From positions 1 through 64,000 of the forward strand of contig NIVC01003611.1 in assembly GCA_002269645.1 (NCBI GenBank): DNA of 64,000 nucleotides, written 5' to 3'. Position 1 is the stretch's first letter. Each line of letters begins with the position of its first letter. Below, piece after piece: positions 11,519-23,064 of the stretch. The notes under the pieces were generated by a model, which ran no database searches, was not told the DNA's origin, and saw only the letters and a program-made list of their open reading frames with translations. The stretch is from Macrostomum lignano. Its lineage: Eukaryota. Both the position numbers and the translations under genes were made by a program.

Positions 11519-14305
11519 TTAGCCGAACAATGCCACAGGAAATGGCTCGGTCTGAAGCAGGTCGGCCAGCTCGGCCGGATGTCGGGCCAGAAACTCGCGC
11601 ACAGTGAGCAGCGCCGGATCGTCCGGCTGAAGCTCCCAGCGGTTTGCCCAGCGCAGGGCGGCGCGCGACCGCACGGCCGGGTCGAGCGAGTCGGGAGCGG
11701 ACAGCAGGCACAGCAGGGCGGCCCGGCGCGCCTCGCTACAGCCGGCCTTCAATTCGTCTTCGGTGGCGTCGGCACCGACTGCCAGTTCGCTGAGCGTCGA
11801 CACGATTCCGGCGACAGTCGAGCTATCCGAGCTTGAGCTGAGATGACCCTGCACTTCCGGCAGGAGGGCCAGCAGCTGCTCGGAGGCCAGGGGTCGAAGC
11901 GCCGCTAGGCGGCTCAGTTTTGCTTCCACTGTTGCTTCGGCTGGCTCCGCTTCAGGATTTAGTTCCGGCTCTGATTGAGCAACTGTTTTTGGAATTGCTG
12001 TAACATCCGCATCAACATCCGGTCTAGTGTTCTCCGATTCCAAAGACTGTGCCAAAGCGATTGCTTCCTTTTCTGCTTTCTTGCGCGCAGTTGCTTCTGC
12101 TTTCGCTTTTCTGCGCTCATCTGCTTCCAATTTCTTGCGAGCGGCTGCCTCTGATTTTGCTTTTCTGCGCGCAACTGCTTCCTCTTTCTTACTTTTGAGT
12201 GTCTTTGCTTTTTCTTGCTTTTGCAAAGCATCTGCTTCAACTTCGGCCTTCTTATCCTCTGTTTCTCTCTGTGCATCTGCTTTTGCTTGCTTCTGTGCAT
12301 CTGCTTCCGCTTTTGCTTTCTTGATAGAGTCTTCATCTGGAGCTTTTGTTTTCGCCTTCTTCAAAGCACCTGCTTCAACTTCGGCCTTCTTATCCTCTGT
12401 TTCTCTCTGTGCATCTGCTTTTGCTTGCTTCTGTGCATCTGCTTCCGCTTTTGCTTTCTTGATAGAGTCTTCATCTGGAGCTTTTGTTTTCGCCTTCTTC
12501 AAAGCACCTGCTTCAACTTCGGCCTTCTTATCCTCTGTTTCTCTCTGTGCATCTGCTTTTGCTTGCTTCTGTGCATCTGCTTCCGCTTTTGCTTTCTTGA
12601 TAGAGTCTTCATCTGGAGCTTTTGTTTTCGCCTTTTTCAAAGCACCTGCTTTCACTTTCTTTCGTGCGTCTGCTTCCATTTCCGCTTCCGCTTTCTTATG
12701 AATATCTGCCTCCGCCTCTGCTTCCGCTTTGTTTTGAGCATCTGCTTCCACCTCTGCTTCCGCTTTCTTCTGAGAATCTGCTTCCGCTTTCTTCTGAGCA
12801 TCTGCTTCCGCTTTCTTCTGAGCATCTGCTTCCGCCTCTGCTTCCACTTTCTTCTGAGCATCTGCTTCCGCTTTCTTCTGAGCATCTGCTTCCGCCTCCG
12901 CTTCCACTTTCTTCTGAGCATCTGCTTCCGCCTCCGCTTCCACTTTCTTCTGAGCATCTGCTTCCGCCTCCGCTTCCACTTTCTTCTGAGCATCTGCTTC
13001 CGCCTCCGCCTCCGCTTCCACTTTCTTCTGAGCATCTCCACCTGTTGCCGCTTCTGCATTATTCCCAGCATCTTTATCTGCTGCATCTGCTTCTGCTTGC
13101 TTGCGAACAGCATTGGTTTCTGCATCTAAATCAGTCAGGCGTGCCGCTTCAGTCTCGGCCTGCAGGCACAGATAATCGCCAGCATTATCGTCGATAGGCT
13201 CAAGAACTTCAGAAAGCCGGCCGCCGCATTGAAAGACGGCCCAAGCGGCCAGCGAGTCCGGCCGCCAGTCGGAGCCCAGCTTGGCCGACACGGCCTGATA
13301 GGCAGCTGAGCACTCCAGCCGGTGACTGCTCTCCAGTCTGGGCCGCTTCTCAACCGGCTGAGGCTCCTCATCGTCTCTATCTTTGTCCGTCTCGTTCAAC
13401 TCGCGCATCAGCGACTGGGCCATGGCCGGGATGTCAGCGAATAGCGACGATTCGGCGGCTAGAACGTCCGGGTCGAAGCCGAAATCCGATAAGGACTCCT
13501 GATCGGCTGAAGGAGGCGGCAGCGGCGGAGGCGGCAGCGGAGGCTTCGGCATCTCCCGAGTCGGAGAGGAAGAAGCCAGAGAAGGCCGCTTGGCGCTGTA
13601 GCTTCGAAGCGTTCGCCGCCGCATCGGCACATCGCAACTGGTGGCCTCTTTTCCCACTGTCTCTTCCTCTTTCGCGCTGTCATTTTCGGTGTCCCCGACG
13701 GTCTCGGGTGTCAGAGCCGCCGCTGCCGAGGCTCGCTTGCGCGTCTGCCGTTTCGGTTTTGGCGCAGGCGGTGGTGGTGGTGGCGGCGGCGGCTTCGGCG
13801 GCGGCGGTCGCTTAGCCGGCAGCGCAGTCACGGTCTCAAACTCACCATCGCTATCGTCTGAACTGGTCGACAATGGCGTCGAGGAGGACGACGAACTGGC
13901 CACCGCCGCGGACGCTGCTGCCTTGGTTCGGCCGCGCCTCCGACTGCTGTCAGCCGAGACTGCCGCTGCCGGCTTCCACTGGAGCGTCTGGCTGCCAACA
14001 CTGCGAACCGCCGGCCGCTTCTCCAGCGCCAGGCGGAGGTCGCGGTTGGCCAGCCGCAGCTGCACCAGCTCGTTGTTTGCCGTTTGCAACTCCTGACGGA
14101 GCTGCCGGCGCTCGGCTTCCAATTGGGCTGAGGCCAGCGCCGCTGTTAAATGCTGCCGCGGCGGCGCCGTTGAATCCGCGCCGCTATCGGCGCTTTGCGG
14201 TTGGCGCCGAAGTCGAGCGACTTCCGTCTCCAGCTGGGCGACGCGCTCGCATTTCTCTCTGGCAAAAAGGACAGTTGAACAATTATTAATATATTCTCCC
14301 AGCAT
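11519..14305 (-). CDS. Intronless 928-aa protein, ICE1-like (little elongation complex subunit 1 candidate): N-terminal coiled coil, Pro/Ser-rich region, K/E/A repeats, helical C-terminal domain
   Basis: Long non-repeat ORF with GC-rich codons. MLGEYINNCSTVLFAREK and VRSVGSQT resemble human ICE1 LLTEYQKKCDELQFARRE and LRHIGTQI (recalled, not searched). Three exact 46-aa (138-nt) internal repeats at 12231, 12369 and 12507. CDS is secure; the orthology is tentative. Confidence 0.75.
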   Translation of the reverse strand: MLGEYINNCSTVLFAREKCERVAQLETEVARLRRQPQSADSGADSTAPPRQHLTAALASAQLEAERRQLRQELQTANNELVQLRLANRDLRLALEKRPAVRSVGSQTLQWKPAAAVSADSSRRRGRTKAAASAAVASSSSSSTPLSTSSDDSDGEFETVTALPAKRPPPPKPPPPPPPPPAPKPKRQTRKRASAAAALTPETVGDTENDSAKEEETVGKEATSCDVPMRRRTLRSYSAKRPSLASSSPTREMPKPPLPPPPLPPPSADQESLSDFGFDPDVLAAESSLFADIPAMAQSLMRELNETDKDRDDEEPQPVEKRPRLESSHRLECSAAYQAVSAKLGSDWRPDSLAAWAVFQCGGRLSEVLEPIDDNAGDYLCLQAETEAARLTDLDAETNAVRKQAEADAADKDAGNNAEAATGGDAQKKVEAEAEAEADAQKKVEAEAEADAQKKVEAEAEADAQKKVEAEAEADAQKKAEADAQKKVEAEAEADAQKKAEADAQKKAEADSQKKAEAEVEADAQNKAEAEAEADIHKKAEAEMEADARKKVKAGALKKAKTKAPDEDSIKKAKAEADAQKQAKADAQRETEDKKAEVEAGALKKAKTKAPDEDSIKKAKAEADAQKQAKADAQRETEDKKAEVEAGALKKAKTKAPDEDSIKKAKAEADAQKQAKADAQRETEDKKAEVEADALQKQEKAKTLKSKKEEAVARRKAKSEAAARKKLEADERRKAKAEATARKKAEKEAIALAQSLESENTRPDVDADVTAIPKTVAQSEPELNPEAEPAEATVEAKLSRLAALRPLASEQLLALLPEVQGHLSSSSDSSTVAGIVSTLSELAVGADATEDELKAGCSEARRAALLCLLSAPDSLDPAVRSRAALRWANRWELQPDDPALLTVREFLARHPAELADLLQTEPFPVALFG

Positions 14306-14410
14306 TTTAGTTGGTTGAAGTTAACCTCTTGCCCAGGTGACTATACATAATCTGGATCCCGAGTCTTCTCGAAACCCATAAGTACAGTTGTTATCGAAAA
14401 CAAAGGATTC

Positions 14411-14626
14411 GGTTGCGATGGAAACATCTGTAAATAGTTGCTATGGAAACAGTTATTCTCGGTTGCTATGGAAACAATCATTCTCGGTTGCTATGGAAAC
14501 AATCATTCTCGGTTGCTATGGAAACAATTATTCTCGGTTGCTATGGTAACAATTATTCTCGGTTGCTATGGAAACAATTATTCTTGGTTGCTATGGAAAC
14601 AATTATTCTCAGTTGCTATGGAAACC
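14411..14626. promoter_or_regulatory. 25-bp tandem array of nine RFX X-box motifs (GTTGCTATGGAAAC), 107-320 nt upstream of the 928-aa ORF
   Basis: Units at 14412, 14437, 14462, 14487, 14512, 14537, 14562, 14587 and 14612. Eight fit GTHNYY-AT-RRNAAC exactly. Confidence 0.7.
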
Positions 14627-14904
14627 CTAGATCTAGGCTTATGGAGCCTTGCAATTCAGTATTAATTGACTTCCGGAACCAGTTAACCAGGGGTGTACTC
14701 TGAAATTCAGGCCAACTCACTTGTACGCGTGTAGAATCTCGTTGCATTCGAGCACAATGCCTTTGGCACGGAACAGCGCCTGCAACAGCTGCTCCCGGCT
14801 CAGATTTGAGTACTGGAATCGGAGTGGCGTGAAGTTTTAAGTCAATTCTAAATTGAAATATTTTTTCTAAAACAACTCTTCTTTTGTAGTGAACGCGCCT
14901 AGTT

Positions 14905-15900
14905 GCAGGGAATCACTATCAGCTGGAAGGATCCTTATCTAGCTGTGGCGAATCCCTATCTAGATTTGGGGAATCCCTGTCTAGGTGAGGGAAATCCCTA
15001 TCTAGATATGGGAATCCCTGTCTAGCTGAAGGGAATCCCTATCAAGATATGGGGAATCCCTGACTACATGTGGAAAATCCCTATCCAGATATGGGGAATC
15101 CCTGTCTAGGTGAGAGAAATCCCTATCTAGATATGGGGAATCCCTGTCTAGGTGAGGGGAATCCCTATAAAGATATGGGGAATCCCTGTCTACATGTGGA
15201 AAATCCCTATCTAGATATAGGGAATCCCTGTCTAGCTGAGGGAAATCCCTATCTAGATATGGGGAATCCCTGTCTAGCTGAATGGAATCTCTATCAAGAT
15301 ATGGGGAATCCCTGACTACATGTGGGGAATAACTATCTAGATATGGGGAATCCCTGTCTAGCTGATGGGAAACCCTATCAAGATACGGGGAATCCTTGAC
15401 TACATGTGGGCCATTGTGGGGAATCACTATCTAGATATGGGGAATCCCTGTCTAGCTGAAGGGAATCCCTATCTAGATATGGGGAATCCCTGACTACATG
15501 TGGAAAATCCCTATCCAGATATGGGGAATCCCTGTCTAGGTGAGGGAAATCCCTATCTAGATATGGGGAATCCCTGTCTAGGTGAGGGGAATCCCTATAA
15601 AGATATGGGGAATCCCTGTCTACATGTGGAAAATCCCTATCTAGATATAGGGAATCCCTGTCTAGCTGAGGGAAATCCCTGTCTAGCTGAGGGAAATCCC
15701 TATCTAGATATGGGGAATCCCTGTCTAGCTGAATGGAATCTCTATCAAGATATGGGGAATCCCTGACTACATGTGGGGAATAACTATCTAGATATGGGGA
15801 ATCCCTGTCTAGCTGAGGGGAAACCCTATCAAGATACGGGGAATCCTTGACTACATGTGGGCCATTGTGGGGAATCACTATCTAGATATGGGGAATCCCT
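14905..15900. repeat. 21/42-bp dimeric minisatellite (GAATCCCTGTCTAGCTGAGGG / AAATCCCTATCTAGATATGGG) with a ~451-bp higher-order duplication
   Basis: CCATTGTGGGGAATCACTATC recurs at 15411 and 15862. Confidence 0.92.
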
Positions 15901-16339
15901 GTATGGCTGAGTGTATAGCCTGCAGTCTTGAATAAAATAGATGCAGCTTTCTATATTTTGGAGATTATGGAGCAAGGCGAGCAAGATTCAAAATTCTTAT
16001 CTAATGCAGTATCTTACTATAAGTAGTCACTCTAGTTGCAACTTTTGAATAAAAAATAATTGAGAAAAAATGTCGAATAGAAAATCGTGGCTCCAATTAT
16101 CTCGCAAATCAGTCAGCGGCACGGAAATTTATTGGTTGAATTGTTTAGTCCGTTTCATTCGTGACTTGCCTGACACAAAGTTATAAATTAGTTTAACGGC
16201 ATTTCAGAGAAAGTGAGAAAGAGAGACTGTGCCTTTGATGGGGCGATTCTCGGAGCAAGTATTTGTCGAACTTGTAAATAAGTAGAGGATAGTGGCGGAT
16301 AGAGGCAGAAAGAGGGCAGAGCACTGGCAGATAGATAAT

Positions 16340-17366
16340 AGAAGAGGCAGATAGATGAGACAGAAAGATGAGGCAGTTAGATGAGGCAGATAGATGAGGC
16401 AGGTAGATGAGGCAGGTAGATGAGGCAGGTAGATGAGGCAGATAGATGAAGCAGGTAGAAGAGGCAGATTGATAAGGCAGATTGATGAGGCAGGTAGATG
16501 AGGCAGATAGAAGAGGCAGATAGAAGAGGCAGATTGATGAGGCAGATAGAAGAGGCAGGTAGATGAGGCAGGTAGATGAGGCAGATAGAAGAGGCAGATA
16601 GATGAGGCAGGTAGATGAGGCAGATAGAAGAGGCAGGTAGATGAGGCAGATAGATGAGGCAGATTGATGAGGCAGATAGATGAGGCAGATAGATGAGGCA
16701 GATAGATGAGGCAGATAAAGAGGCAGATAGATGAGGCAGGTAGATGAGGCAGATAGAAGAGGCAGGTAGATGAGGCAGGTAGATGAGGCAGATAGAAGAG
16801 GCAGATAGATGAGGCAGGTAGATGAGGCAGATAGAAGAGGCAGGTAGATGAGGCAGATAGATGAGGCAGATTGATGAGGCAGATAGATGAGGCAGATAGA
16901 TGAGGCAGATAAAGAGGCAGATAGATGAGGCAGGTAGATGAGGCAGATAGAAGAGGCAGGTAGATGAGGCAGGTAGATGAGGCAGATAGAAGAGGCAGAT
17001 AGATGAGGCAGGTAGATGAGGCAGATAGAAGAGGCAGGTAGATGAGGCAGATAGATGAGGCAGATTGATGAGGCAGATAGATGAGGCAGATAGATGAGGC
17101 AGATAAAGAGGCAGATAGATGAGGCAGATAGAAGAGGCAGGTAGATGAGGCAGATACAAGAGGCAGATAGAAGAGGCAGATAGAAGAGGCAGGTAGATGA
17201 GGCAGGTAGATGAGGCAGATAGAAGAGGCAGATAGATGAGGCAGGTAGATGAGGCAGATAGAAGAGGCAGGTAGATGAGGCAGATAGAAGAGGCAGGTAG
17301 ATGAGGCAGGTAGATGAGGCAGATAGAAGAGGCAGGTAGATGAGGCAGGTAGATGAAGCAGATAGA
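16340..17366. repeat. 13-bp minisatellite (GATGAGGCAGRTA)n
   Basis: Directly visible, ~78 units. Confidence 0.95.
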
Positions 17367-18149
17367 TCACAGAGCGAGCTTCCGTCAAGCCGGGATGCAA
17401 AGGCTTAAATAAAAAAAAGTTTAAGAACACGTGGTGAAAAGTATATCATCAGCAAATTTATAGGCATAGTATAAATATTATAAAAATGTACTATTACATA
17501 GAAGAGCTGCGTCAATTTCAGACTAAAAGCATTCGGGAATCGCGATTTCACAACAGCTCTATGAAGATGGGCGGTGGTTTGTTGAAACTAAGCAAAAAAA
17601 CAGCGTCAATTCTTGGACTAGAGGGGGGCATGTTATTGCTATACAGAATAGATGCGCAGTTTAAACAAACAAAATGACTTGTGAATAATTAATAATCGTA
17701 ATAATTGCAAGCTGCTAGGAGGCGCTGAATTACATTTGACGCGATTACAGACTAGCATTGAAAAAAAAACAAAAATTACTCTGTGTAATAAAACACTAAT
17801 TAATTATACTAATGCAAAGTTGAATTATTAATTCTGGTAAAATGTGGGGGACGTGGCGGGCTCTGGGCGCTCGAACTAAAATGACAATAGAACTAGCCGC
17901 AATGTACTTTAATTAATGTACTTCTTACCAACAGGGCCTAGGCTGGGACGGCGAAACAGTGGAGAGAAAGACCAGGACAGAGGGGGGATATTTTGCAATT
18001 AACTTTTCTCTCAGGAGTGATGTTTCACAGTGTGTAAAACTGGTTATTTTGTTTGCACTGCGGTTAGGCGAGATATGGACGAGCTATTTTTTTCATGGAA
18101 AAGTGCGACTTCAGCTTGAAGAGAGGGTGATGAAGAAAAAAGGATGAAG

Positions 18150-18722
18150 AAAGGGAGAGGGAGATGAAGAGGGAGATGAATAGAGGGAGAGGGAGATGAA
18201 GAGAGGGAGAGGGAAATGAAGAGAGGGAGATGAATAGAGAATGAGGGAGATGAAGAGAGGGAGATGAAGAGAGGGAGAGGGAGATGAAGAGAGGGAGATG
18301 AAGAGAGGGAGATGAAGAGAGGGAGAGGGAGATGAAGAGAGGGAGATGAAGAGAGGGAGATGAAGAGAGGGAGAGGGAGATAAAGAGAGGGAGAGGGAGA
18401 TGAAGAGAGGGAGAGGGAAATGAAGAGAGGGAGAGGGAAATGAAGATAGGGAGAGGGAACTGAATAGAGGGAGATTAATAGAGGGAGATGAATAGAGGGA
18501 GATGAAGAGAGAGAGAGAGATGAATAGAGGGAGAGGGAAATGAAGAGAGGGAGAGGGAAATGAATAGAGGGAGATGAAGAGAGAGAGATGAATAGAGGGA
18601 GAGGGAAATGAAGAGAGGGAGAGGGAAATGAATAGAGGGAGATGAAGAGAGAGAATGAGGGAGATGAAGAGAGGGAAATGAATAGAGGGAGATGAAGAGA
18701 GGGAGAGGGAGACAGAGATGAA
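18150..18722. repeat. Purine-rich 14/20-bp repeat (GAGAGGGAGATGAA)n
   Basis: Directly visible. Confidence 0.9.
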
Positions 18723-19110
18723 GGAGGGAAGAGGGGAGCATGCACAGCAGCCGAGGTCAAGCATTCCCATTAAAGCATTCCCAAATACAGCTATCAGCTT
18801 GATGGCTTCAATTCAAAGTCGGATTGTTTCCAAAACGCAGCGCGAACTCCCACCCGCAGCAGTAAATGCAGGCAAACAAAAAGCAAAATTAGAAAAGAGG
18901 CTATGAGTAGAAACCCGCAGCTATTATACTGTGAAAGAGGTCAGGGAAGTTAAATTAGGCCTGCATTCTAATAATCAAACATGCCGTCTGTTCAGCCTGA
19001 TAAAATAAAAAATGAGCAAGAAACAGCTAACAAATAGAGAAGCAGAGTAAGCTATCAGAAATTATATAATACGAACGCGGGCAGACGGAGCGGAACAGAC
19101 AAATTGGGCA

Positions 19111-19430
19111 TCACAAAAATGAATCGCCAGGCAGGCCCGTGGCTGTTACTGTTAGTAGTATTAGCAGCAGGTTGAGCATCGGCGGCAGCAGCGGGCACCA
19201 ACGAGACGAAGCGACAAGGCGGCCGGATCCGGCAGTCGCGTTGCCAACCGTGAAGTTGGCGGTGTCGTTGTCGACGTCTTGTATCGCTGGGGCCGGTGGC
19301 GGGGGCGGCGGCGCCAGCAGTTTGCAGCCGGTGAATCGAATTTCGCTGCGGTTCGGCCCAGTCGGCTTGTAGCAGCAGCAGTCGGATTCGCGACAGCGGT
19401 CGGTGAAGCCGGCGCCTTTGTAGCTGTCCT
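19111..19430 (-). CDS. NALF1: NALF/FAM155/Mid1-family gene, exon 3 (terminal): EDSYKGAGFTDRCRESDCCCYKP...WCPLLPPMLNLLLILLTVTATGLPGDSFL*
   Basis: Acceptor ccacccgcag; phase 1 joins exon 2 (FLCH-E). Carries the conserved CC of the cysteine-rich domain and a C-terminal hydrophobic tail; stop TGA at 19113-19111. Not in the ORF track because it lacks a start codon. Confidence 0.8.
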
Positions 19431-19435
19431 CTGCG

Positions 19436-19846
19436 GGTGGTCAGCGTGGGCGGGTGGTGAGGTCAGTGTGGGCGGGTGGTGAGGTCAGTGTGGGCGGGTG
19501 GTGAGGTCAGTGTGGGCGGGTGGTGAGGTCAGTGTGGGCGGGTGGTGAGGTCAGTGTGGGGCGTCTGGTGAGGTCAGTGTGGGCGGGTGGTGAGGTCAGT
19601 GTGGGCGGGTGGTGAGGTCAGTGTGGGCGGGTGGTGAGGTCAGTGTGGGCGGGTGGTGAGGTCAGTGTGGGGCAGGTGGTGAGGTCAGTGTGGGCGGGTG
19701 GTGAGGTCAGTGTGGGGCAGGTGGTGAGGTCAGTGTGGGGCAGGTGGTGAGGTGAGCGTGGGGCGGGTGGTGAGGTCAGTGTGGGGCAGGTGGTGAGGTC
19801 AGTGTGGGGCGGGTGGTGAGGCCAGAGTGGTGCGGGTGGTGAGGTG
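19436..19846. repeat. 22-bp minisatellite (GGGTGGTGAGGTCAGTGTGGGC)n abutting the exon 3 acceptor
   Basis: 22-nt period, ~18 units. Confidence 0.95.
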
Positions 19847-19855
19847 AAAGGGGAG

Positions 19856-20666
19856 ATCAGTGAGGTCAAGGCTGACAGCAGTGAGGTCAAGGCGGACAGC
19901 AGTGAGGTCAAGGCGGACAGCAGTGAGGTCAAGGCGGACAGCAGTGAGGTCAAGGCGGACAGCAGTGAGGTCAAGGCGGACAGCAGTGAGGTCAAGGCGG
20001 ACAGCAGTGAGGTCAAGGCGGACAGCAGTGAGGTCAAGGCGGACAGCAGTGAGGTCAAGGCGGACAGCAGTGAGGTCAAGGCGGACAGCAGTGAGGTCAA
20101 GGCGGACAGCAGTGAGGTCAAGGCGGACAGCAGTGAGGTCAAGGCGGACAGCAGTGAGGTCAAGGCGGACAGCAGTGAGGTCAAGGCGGACAGCAGTGAG
20201 GTCAAAGGGGGGATCAGTGAGGTCAAGGCGGACAGCAGTGAGGTCAAAGGGGGGATCAGTGAGGTCAAGGCGGACAGCAGTGAGGTCAAGGCGGACAGCA
20301 GTGAGGTCAAGGCGGACAGCAGTGAGGTCAAGGCTGACAGCAGTGAGGTCAAGGCGGACAGCAGTGAGGTCAAGGCGGACAGCAGTGAGGTCAAGGCTGA
20401 CAGCAGTGAGGTCAAGGCGGACAGCAGTGAGGTCAAGGCGGACAGCAGTGAGGTCAAGGCGGACAGCAGTGAGGTCAAGGCTGACAGCAGTGAGGTCAAG
20501 GCGGACAGCAGTGAGGTCAAGGCGGACAGCAGTGAGGTCAAGGCTGACAGCAGTGAGGTCAAGGCGGACAGCAGTGAGGTCAAGGCGGACAGCAGTGAGG
20601 TCAAGGCTGACAGCAGTGAGGTCAAGGCGGACAGCAGTGAGGTCAAGGCGGACAGCAGTGAGGTCA
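19856..20666. repeat. 21-bp minisatellite (CAGTGAGGTCAAGGCGGACAG)n
   Basis: About 38 near-perfect units. Confidence 0.95.
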
Positions 20667-21145
20667 AATGATGGAGCGCAGAAACAAACTGATAGATTAA
20701 AAGACATGTAAAAGATGGTATAAAAGCAGCAACAATAGGGCTCGAATGGTCAAGGCCCGACGCGTGTTAGCAGTCGCACAGCCAGGAAATGCATGAGCAG
20801 AAGCGTTAAGCATAAATAAGGAGAGCCCTGTGGGAATACAGGAGAAGCTGGATGAATGACGAAACCTCGTGATGCGAGACGGCGGCTGATGCGCAGATGA
20901 CACGGAGACGGAGCGGCTATGGGGGATTCGAGCGCCAGAAGCGGGAGGGAGATAAAAGCTGGGCTAGGATCCGGAGCCGCTCACCCTGCAATAGCAGAAC
21001 GGCCAACACAAATCCTAGAAAAACCAATCATTAATTTATTCCCGAATGTAAAGCCCTAACTGTTGCATTTGCCTGCCGCAAATAATCCATAATCATAGCT
21101 CGTTGTTGTCCGCTCAATGAGCAACTCGCAAAACGGGATCAAAGA

Positions 21146-22102
21146 CCGACAGACAGACAGACATACATACATACAGACAGACAGACATACATACAGACAG
21201 ACATACATACAGACAGACAGACATACATACATACAGACAGACAGACGGACAGACATACATACAGACAGACAGACAGAAAGACATACATACAGACGTACAG
21301 ACATACATACATACATACATACATACAGACAGACATACAGACATACATACATACATACATACAGACAGACATACAGACATACATACAGACAGACAGACAT
21401 ACATACATACATACATACATACATACAGACAGACATACAGACATACATACAGACAGACAGACATACAGACATACATACATACATACAGACAGACAGGCAG
21501 ACAGACAGACATACATACATACATACAGACAGATAGACAGACAGACATACATACATACAGACAGACAGACATACATACAGACAGACAGACATACATACAT
21601 ACAGACAGACATACATACATACAGACAGACAGACAGACAGACAGACATACATACATACATACAGACAGACAGACGGACAGACATACATACAGACAGACAG
21701 ACAGAAAGACATACATACAGACGTACAGACATACATACATACATACATACATACATACAGACATACAGACATACATACAGACATACATACATACATACAT
21801 ACAGACAGACATACAGACATACATACAGACAGACAGACATACATACATACATACATACATACAGACATACAGACATACATACAGACAGACAGACAGACAT
21901 ACATACATACATACATACATACAGACAGACAGACAGACAGACAGGCAGACAGACAGACATACATACATACATACATACAGACAGATAGACAGACAGACAT
22001 ACATACATACATACATACATACATACATACAGACAGATAGACAGACAGACATACATACATACATACATACATACATACATACAGACAGACAGACAGACAG
22101 AA

Positions 22103-22162
<60 letters not shown>

Positions 22163-22180
22163 GGACACACAGACAAACAG
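21146..22180. repeat. (ACAG/ACAT)n compound microsatellite
   Basis: Directly visible. Confidence 0.95.
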
Positions 22181-23064
22181 ACGAACAGCTAAAGCAGCAG
22201 AATCGCACTAGTAGCAGATCCGAGTAGGCACAGAGAATCCCAGAAAAGCATTGGATTTGGCAGCCGTGCAGCAGATGAACACACGGAATCCTTGAAAGTG
22301 CTCTCCCCACACCGCTGCCGCCCAAGGCAGAGAGCCACTGTACACGGAGCACTTGGATAACTATATATTAATATGGGCAGATGAACTTTTCCCAAATTCT
22401 TCAATAGAACAGTTGGGCAAGAGGTTCGTTTTTGCACAGCAGAGCAGACTGCGAGCGGAATTGGCAGAACGCGAATCTGCCGGAAGGGATTTCGTACGCG
22501 GCGGCAACAGCTGCACTAATAAGTTCAAAGCACACTGGGTCACCTTTCTTCCCATTCCCCATCTCTCTCTCTCTCTCTCCTTCAGTCCCTCCCACTCTCT
22601 GGCGCTCTCTCTCTCTAGCCAAGCCGCGGTTGCGGTCTGCAATGCTAGGGAGGATGGGGATTACAATAATATCCGCCAGAGCGAGCTGGCAAACCCGATA
22701 CAGCAAGTAGAAGAGAAAAAAGATTGCTCAACTGCTCTGCTCAAGGCTACTTAGATGCGGTTTGCTTGTAGCTGACAGGGCGGGGTGGGTGTGAAGCCGA
22801 GAGGGGTGACGGTCTCTGAGACACCCTAGCGCAGAATTGGAAGCCTTACACTACATACTAATACTGCGTAGGTGGAGGCCGTTATTGGCATTGGTAATAG
22901 TATTCATAATAAAATATTGCTGTGGCCTGGCATTGCTCGAAAACAAACAGGATTGATTTGATTGACAGGAAGGATATGAGATCGAGGAAGTGCAGACCAA
23001 AGAGAAGCGAATGAAAAAAGATGGAGAGGATGCAGGGTAGAAGAGCGTGAGTAGAATGTAGAAT

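Noticed and set aside
11579-14289. Plus-strand ORFs overlapping the 928-aa gene, and antisense ORFs over MORC and NALF exons
   Set aside because: These are shadow ORFs of GC-rich coding sequence.
19856-20666. Regular arrays resembling CRISPR
   Set aside because: Units are head-to-tail with no unique spacers, there are no cas genes, and the context is eukaryotic and intronic.
22189-22437. ORF ending in a hydrophobic tail as an alternative NALF terminal exon
   Set aside because: The available AG acceptors are phase 2, not the phase 1 required, and it lacks the family CC motif.
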